The position numbers were made by a program, and so were the translations under genes. Shown piece by piece: positions 38,691 to 43,329 of a stretch of DNA of 43,329 nucleotides; the first letter of the stretch is position 1, and each line of letters begins with the position of its first letter. The stretch lies in the IMG/VR virus record IMGVR_UViG_3300009156_000012, one strand, 5' to 3'. Source of the DNA: a virus. The notes under the pieces were generated by a model. That model saw nothing but the letters and a program-made list of their open reading frames with translations, ran no database searches and was not told the DNA's origin.

Positions 38691-40887
38691 CGTTCCCTCG
38701 ATCGCAGCCTATCTGGCGCGCATCAATGCAAGGCCGCGATCGATCCGCTCGGCGGTGGTCGAGGAAGTGCATGGGCGCTACTGGAAGGACCTGCACGTCA
38801 TCCGGTTTCACCCGGGCGACAAGAAGCACCCGGTCAATGCGCCGGAAGAGCTGGCCCCGACAGATGCCGAGCTGGAGGCGATCCTCAAGGATATCGACAT
38901 CTATCAATGGCCAGCCTCGAAGCTCTTGGGCAAGGTCTACGAGCTGCCGACGCAGCTGAAGAAGGTTGACCCGGAGAACCTGTTCGAATTTCGCAACCGG
39001 GAAGGGCAGCTGGTCATGCTGCAGCAGCGCACCGAAGAAACCGATCGTGGCAAGTATCGCCCGTGGACGCCGTTCGACGACTACCTGTGGCGGATGTGCG
39101 AGCCGGACGGGCAGCTGCCGATCTGGGGCATGGAGCATCTCGGCGAGCACACCACCGTGTTCATCCACGAGGGTGCCAAGGCGGCGCGCGCAATGCATCG
39201 TCTGGTCAACCCGACAAACCGCGCGGGACGCGACCAGCTCGCGCGTCATCCATGGGGGCTCGATCTGGTCAATGCCGCACACCTTGGATGGATCGGCGGT
39301 GCGCTCAATCCTGACCGCACCAACTGGGTGGAGCTGGCCAAGTGCGGCGTCAAGCAGGCCTTCATCGTCGCCGACAATGACGCGCCCGGCCTCACTGCGG
39401 TCCCGACGATCGCGCGCTACCTGCAGGGCGTCACGGTCTTTCTGGTCCGCTTCAACCAGCTGTTCCCGCCGTCATTCGACATGGCCGACGAATGGCCCGA
39501 GCAATTCTTCATCGAGAAGGATGGCGAGCGGATCTATCAGGGGCCGACGTTCAACGACCACCTGCGCCCGGCAACGTGGGCAACCGATCTGGTCAAGGTC
39601 GGCAAGAAGAACGTCGCCAAGCTGCGCGACGAATTCAAGAAGTCTTGGGGATGGGTTTCCGAAGTCGACCTGTATGTCTGCCTGCAGCGTCCGACGCTGC
39701 GCTTTCCCGACAAGGTGTTCGAGGGGCACGTCGCCGCGTTCAGCCATCACAACAGCAAGGTCGCCGAGCTGGTGAAGCGCGATCTGGTCTGCCACTTCGG
39801 CAGGATGGCGTATCGTCCGGACAGGACGGAATTCATCATCGGCCATTTCGGCGAAGCAGCGACCATCAACCTGTTCACGCCATCCGGCATCACGCCATTG
39901 CCCGGCGACGCCACGCCATGGATCGAGTTCCTGACCTACCTGATCCCCGACAAGGAAGAGCGCCGCGAGATGATGCGATGGGTTGCGACGCTGATCGCAC
40001 GCCCCGACATCCGCATGAGCTATGCGGTGCTGATGGTGAGCGAGACGCAGGGCGTCGGCAAGAACACGCTCGGCGAGAAGATCCTCGCCCCCCTCGTCGG
40101 CATGCACAACTGCTCGTTCCCCGACGAGCAGCAGGTCGTCGACAGTCAGTTCAATTCTTGGCTTGTCAACAAGCGCTTCGCCTTCATTGCCGAGATCTAC
40201 AGCGGCAGGTCGTGGAAAGCGACCAACAAGCTCAAGAGCCACATCACCGATCGCACCGTCCACGTCAACGAGAAGTACATCAAGCCGCACGACATCGACA
40301 ACTGGATCCACGTCATGGCCTGCAGCAACTCGCTGCGTGCGCTCAAGCTCGACGCAACCGATCGCAGGTGGTTCGTTCCGACACTGACCGAGACGCCATG
40401 GCCGCGCGAGAAGTGGATCGCGTTCAATGAGTGGATCGAGGGCAACGGGCTGCGCATCATCCTGCACTGGGCCAAGCAGTTCGGGGACTACGTCAAGACC
40501 GGCGAGCACGCGCCGATGACCGAGCGCAAGGGCGTCATGCAGCGCGAGAGCGAGAGCGATGCGATGCAGCTGCTGCGCAGCTGGTGCGAGGCGAACGAGG
40601 ATATCCCGATCACTGTCGTCGAGCGCGCGATGCGCGACTTTCTCGAACGCTCGTCATCCGAGCGCAGGATCTACGAGAGCAGCACCGAGCTGCGCAGGAT
40701 CATGGCCAGCCTTGGATGGGAGACGTTCAACGAGCGGCTCAGGATTGACGGACTGAAGCAGTGGGTCATCATGTCGCCACAGGTCAGCAAGGAGCTGGCC
40801 AGCCTTCCTCAAGACATTGTCGTGCATCGCAAGTTCGTCCGCGCGACGATCAAGTTGCCGGTGGACAGCAAACAGGCAATGCTGTAA
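38653..40887 (+). CDS. Bifunctional primase-helicase (Toprim primase + D5/P4-alpha-type SF3 helicase, 744 aa)
   Basis: Toprim-like IHEGAKAARA and FIVADNDAPG. Walker A SETQGVGKNTLGEK and Walker B-like FAFIAEI. Overlaps the dnaE end by 38 nt. Confidence 0.8.
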   Translation: MENKPTKIQTLNDVPSIAAYLARINARPRSIRSAVVEEVHGRYWKDLHVIRFHPGDKKHPVNAPEELAPTDAELEAILKDIDIYQWPASKLLGKVYELPTQLKKVDPENLFEFRNREGQLVMLQQRTEETDRGKYRPWTPFDDYLWRMCEPDGQLPIWGMEHLGEHTTVFIHEGAKAARAMHRLVNPTNRAGRDQLARHPWGLDLVNAAHLGWIGGALNPDRTNWVELAKCGVKQAFIVADNDAPGLTAVPTIARYLQGVTVFLVRFNQLFPPSFDMADEWPEQFFIEKDGERIYQGPTFNDHLRPATWATDLVKVGKKNVAKLRDEFKKSWGWVSEVDLYVCLQRPTLRFPDKVFEGHVAAFSHHNSKVAELVKRDLVCHFGRMAYRPDRTEFIIGHFGEAATINLFTPSGITPLPGDATPWIEFLTYLIPDKEERREMMRWVATLIARPDIRMSYAVLMVSETQGVGKNTLGEKILAPLVGMHNCSFPDEQQVVDSQFNSWLVNKRFAFIAEIYSGRSWKATNKLKSHITDRTVHVNEKYIKPHDIDNWIHVMACSNSLRALKLDATDRRWFVPTLTETPWPREKWIAFNEWIEGNGLRIILHWAKQFGDYVKTGEHAPMTERKGVMQRESESDAMQLLRSWCEANEDIPITVVERAMRDFLERSSSERRIYESSTELRRIMASLGWETFNERLRIDGLKQWVIMSPQVSKELASLPQDIVVHRKFVRATIKLPVDSKQAML

Positions 40888-40897
40888 GGCCTTTTCA

Positions 40898-42556
40898 ATG
40901 ATCAGTATCATCATCGGTTCAGACAGTGCCGTTTTGTCCGGTCCCTATTACCAGCGTGGCCTGTCCTTTCTGCAAGGTCTGGAAGGGCGCAAGCATTGCG
41001 GTGTCGACCGGCTCACGTTCGAACCAACACCGCACAATCTGCGCATCGTGCGCGATAATTTCCCCGAGCTTGGGATCACCCCTGAAAATGTCAGCGAGCC
41101 CGCCTTCAAACGATCGCTGATCGGTCCTGCCTTCCGCATGCCGCCGCGCGACTATCAGCTGGAGAACTACGAGCGCTTCAAGGACGCGCCGGTCTGCGCG
41201 ATCTTCTCCGATCCCGGCACCGGCAAGACCAAGACCGCGCTCGACATCGTGTCCTACCGCTGGCATGCGTTCATGATCACGGGCGTGCTGATCTTCTCCT
41301 CGCCCAAGGGCGTGCATGCACAATGGGTGGAGGAACAGATCCCGCTGCACCTGTGGGAAAACGTCCCGGTGCAGGCCACCTACTGGCGCGGCAGCGCAGG
41401 CCCGGTGCCGAAGTGGCTTGCCTTTACGGCGCCGTGGAACGAGCTGCGCATCTTCTCGGGCAACATCGAGATGCTGATCAGCGATCGCGCGTGCATGATC
41501 CTCGAAATGTTCATGGCCGCGCACGGTGACATGCTGCTGATCATCGTGGACGAGAGCGACAGCATCAAGAACTTCAGTGCCAAGCGCTCGAAGAAGCTGC
41601 GCGAGCTGGCACACAAGCATGGCGTCAAGCAGCGCATGATCATGACCGGCACGCCGATCGCCAAGGACCTGACCGATGAATGGTCGCAGTTCTACTTCCT
41701 CAATCCGAACATCATCGGGCACAAGTACAAGACCAGTTTCCAGTCACAGTTCTGCATCATGGGCGGCTTCGAGAACCGCAACGTTGTTGGTCACCGCAAC
41801 ATCGAGCAGTTCAAAAAGATCACGGCACCGTTCATCTTCCGCGCGCGGAAGGAGGAGTTGAACCTGCCCGAGAAGGTCCATGACACCGTGCAGTTCGAAA
41901 TGACCGATGAACAGAAGCAGATGATCAAGGATATTCGCGATACCTGCATTGCCGTTCTCGACGTCGAGAAGGACAAGCGCGTGCTGGCCAGCACCTCTGT
42001 CGGCGCGATCCTGCGCATGCAGCAGATCTCCTGCGGCTTTGCCGTCGTCGACGGCGAGCGCGCGCACGAGCTGGCGAACCCGCGCATGGACGTTCTGCTC
42101 GACCTGCTCAACCAGCTCGGTGACCGCAAGGTGGTCGTCTGGTGCCGCTTCCGCCACGACGTCGAGGCGATTTGCCGGGCATTGCCGGAAGACGCGCACG
42201 TCAGGATCTACGGCCCATCATCCGCTGCCGAGCGCGTCGAGGCGAAGCGCTTTTTCATCGACGATCCGGAGACCCGGTATCTGGTCGCGACGCCGGACGC
42301 GGCGGGCAAGGGCATGGACGGGCTGCAGCACGTCTGTTCGACGGCGGTCTACTATTCCAACTCCTACAACGCCATCCTGCGCTGGCAGAGTGAGGATCGC
42401 ATTCACCGCATCGGTCAGCAGGGCACCGCGTCCTATTTCGACCTGATCGCACGCGGCTCGCCCGACAAGGCGATCCTGAAGAACCTGCGCAACAAGAAGG
42501 ACCTGTCGACCATCGTGCTCGACGACCTGCGGCGCATCATCGAGGGGAAGGATTGA
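40898..42556 (+). CDS. SNF2-family helicase/translocase (552 aa)
   Basis: Motif I DPGTGKTKTAL, II IIVDESDSIKN, III MTGTPIAKD, VI QSEDRIHRIGQ. The ATG at 40898 is in frame with the longer track ORF, whose N-terminus is Ser/Arg/Cys-rich and looks out-of-frame. Confidence 0.85.
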   Translation: MISIIIGSDSAVLSGPYYQRGLSFLQGLEGRKHCGVDRLTFEPTPHNLRIVRDNFPELGITPENVSEPAFKRSLIGPAFRMPPRDYQLENYERFKDAPVCAIFSDPGTGKTKTALDIVSYRWHAFMITGVLIFSSPKGVHAQWVEEQIPLHLWENVPVQATYWRGSAGPVPKWLAFTAPWNELRIFSGNIEMLISDRACMILEMFMAAHGDMLLIIVDESDSIKNFSAKRSKKLRELAHKHGVKQRMIMTGTPIAKDLTDEWSQFYFLNPNIIGHKYKTSFQSQFCIMGGFENRNVVGHRNIEQFKKITAPFIFRARKEELNLPEKVHDTVQFEMTDEQKQMIKDIRDTCIAVLDVEKDKRVLASTSVGAILRMQQISCGFAVVDGERAHELANPRMDVLLDLLNQLGDRKVVVWCRFRHDVEAICRALPEDAHVRIYGPSSAAERVEAKRFFIDDPETRYLVATPDAAGKGMDGLQHVCSTAVYYSNSYNAILRWQSEDRIHRIGQQGTASYFDLIARGSPDKAILKNLRNKKDLSTIVLDDLRRIIEGKD

Positions 42557-42696
42557 TGCCGAAGAGAAAGCGCAAGGATGACGATCCCGACGACATCGAG
42601 ATCGAGAGAAGACGGCGCCTGCGCCGCCTCATCGAGCAGGATGCGCCACCAGAGATCATCGAAGAGCAAACCGGCTTCCTACCAGAGGACTATTGA
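42556..42696 (+). CDS. 46-aa highly charged mini-protein
   Basis: The TGATG overlap places ATG 42556 on the last base of the SNF2 stop codon. Sequence MPKRKRKDDDPDDIEIERRRRLRRLIEQDAPPEIIEEQTGFLPEDY. Confidence 0.4.
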   Translation: MPKRKRKDDDPDDIEIERRRRLRRLIEQDAPPEIIEEQTGFLPEDY

Positions 42697-42700
42697 GCAG

Positions 42701-42961
42701 ATGAACGAGGAACTGAGCGAACGCGAGGAGATCATCTTCAACCTGCTCAAGCGGCGCAAGAGGGTGCCGGTGGACGACATCATCCAGAAACTGGCTGAGG
42801 AAGGCCTGCCGCTGACTGCCGTGCGCTCGACGCACAGTCTCGCGGGCATGATGAAGTACCTGACCGCGAAGGTGTGTCAGGAAGGCTGGATCATCTCGAT
42901 GATCGATGGCGGGCGCGGCGCCGGGAACAAGGCCGCATACAGCATGAAGAGGATGTTCTGA
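42701..42961 (+). CDS. Winged-helix-like DNA-binding protein (86 aa)
   Basis: Internal ATG of the track ORF 42578..42961. EEIIFNLLKRRKRVPVDDIIQKLAEEGLPLTAVRSTHSLAGMMKYL resembles a wHTH. Confidence 0.5.
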   Translation: MNEELSEREEIIFNLLKRRKRVPVDDIIQKLAEEGLPLTAVRSTHSLAGMMKYLTAKVCQEGWIISMIDGGRGAGNKAAYSMKRMF

Positions 42962-43329
42962 TGGACGACGAACAAATCAATCCACTTCTGGATCCTGCCC
43001 GGCAGGGGCGCGTTCGCGATAACCTGATCGAAAACCTGCGCCCAGTCAGGGCTAACATTGGCAGGATCATTGGCGCGCGCCCTGACGGCACCATGGGGCC
43101 TGCCACAGACGACAACAGCGCAGCCAAGCGTGGTCAAGCCAGCGCTCAAATCATCGGTGTCGAGCGCGGACAGGCGCTCGGCCCGCTGCAGAAGACGCAT
43201 GATGCGATCAACCACATCATGCAGAACGAGACCGCGCTGCGCCAGCAGCTCGAAGACGCGAACAGCTTAAACGAGCGCCTTGAAAAGGAGTGCATTCTCC
43301 TGAAGCGCCAGCTCGACGCCGAGCATATG
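42961..43329 (+). CDS. 5' part of the junction-spanning coiled-coil protein (148 aa in total, continues at 124..201)
   Basis: ATG 42961 overlaps the upstream TGA. No stop before the window end. In frame with the 13..201 ORF through the repeat. Confidence 0.75.
   Translation, partial: MDDEQINPLLDPARQGRVRDNLIENLRPVRANIGRIIGARPDGTMGPATDDNSAAKRGQASAQIIGVERGQALGPLQKTHDAINHIMQNETALRQQLEDANSLNERLEKECILLKRQLDAEHM
43207..43329. repeat. Terminal overlap, identical to 1..123
   Basis: Direct comparison. Confidence 0.95.

Larger units (their letters stand above)
1..43206. mobile_element. Complete circularly closed dsDNA tailed-phage genome (unit 43,206 bp), probably short-tailed and virulent
   Basis: Identical 123-bp ends. 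Full set of packaging, head, tail-fibre and replication genes. No tape measure, sheath or tube genes and no integrase or repressor recognised. Confidence 0.85.

Noticed and set aside
42578-42700. Longer 127-aa version of the ORF ending at 42961
   Set aside because: Its first 41 residues are Ser/Arg-rich and overlap a better-looking, translationally coupled 46-aa ORF (42556-42696). The internal ATG at 42701 gives a compact wHTH-like protein.
1-43329. Search for a lysogeny module (integrase, CI/Cro-like switch, att site) or plasmid-type partition genes
   Set aside because: No tyrosine or serine recombinase motifs and no ParA/ParB-like ORFs were seen. The small HTH proteins are not arranged as a divergent repressor pair. 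The genome is treated as virulent, pending searches.

Overview
The window is one complete, GC-rich tailed-phage genome, linearised inside a gene. Bases 1-123 are identical to 43207-43329, so the unit length is 43,206 bp. The ORF starting at 42961 continues in frame into 1-201.

The coding is dense, with many ATGA/TGATG start-stop overlaps. It falls into three transcriptional arms.

1. Leftward early arm, 33078 down to 26444. It holds small proteins, an OmpR-like wHTH protein, an acidic 82-aa protein ending in an SSB-type DDEIPF tail, a UvrD-like helicase and a SprT-like metalloprotease.
2. Rightward replication arm, 33265 through the junction to 1362. It holds a DnaQ-like exonuclease, DnaE-type Pol III alpha, a Toprim plus SF3 primase-helicase, an SNF2 helicase and small HTH or zinc-ribbon proteins.
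3. Leftward late arm, 26288 down to 1359. In order it holds:
   - VRR-NUC nuclease, TerS and TerL;
   - a six-gene accessory island, then the portal;
   - a virion lysozyme and a 953-aa HExxH protein;
   - an Ig-like protein, scaffold and major capsid;
   - tubular A/B-like proteins, Gly-rich and internal proteins, and a GNAT;
   - two fibre proteins with S74 chaperone domains.

There is no tape-measure, sheath or tube gene, which suggests a short-tailed (T7-like gene order) virion. I found no integrase, repressor module, tRNA, rRNA, CRISPR array or canonical endolysin/holin/spanin cassette.

The most unusual signals are at DNA level:
- an iteron-flanked double microsatellite at the early/late boundary (26304-26443);
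- a strongly over-represented 10-bp palindrome, GCTGGCCAGC (15 copies, some made with a rare Ala codon);
- a recurrent GCAAGGCCTT promoter-associated motif at fixed distance from four start codons;
- a 4 x 10-bp tandem array;
- a 299-nt structured non-coding gap in the replication operon.

All functional calls come from motifs read by eye and from synteny. No database search was possible.
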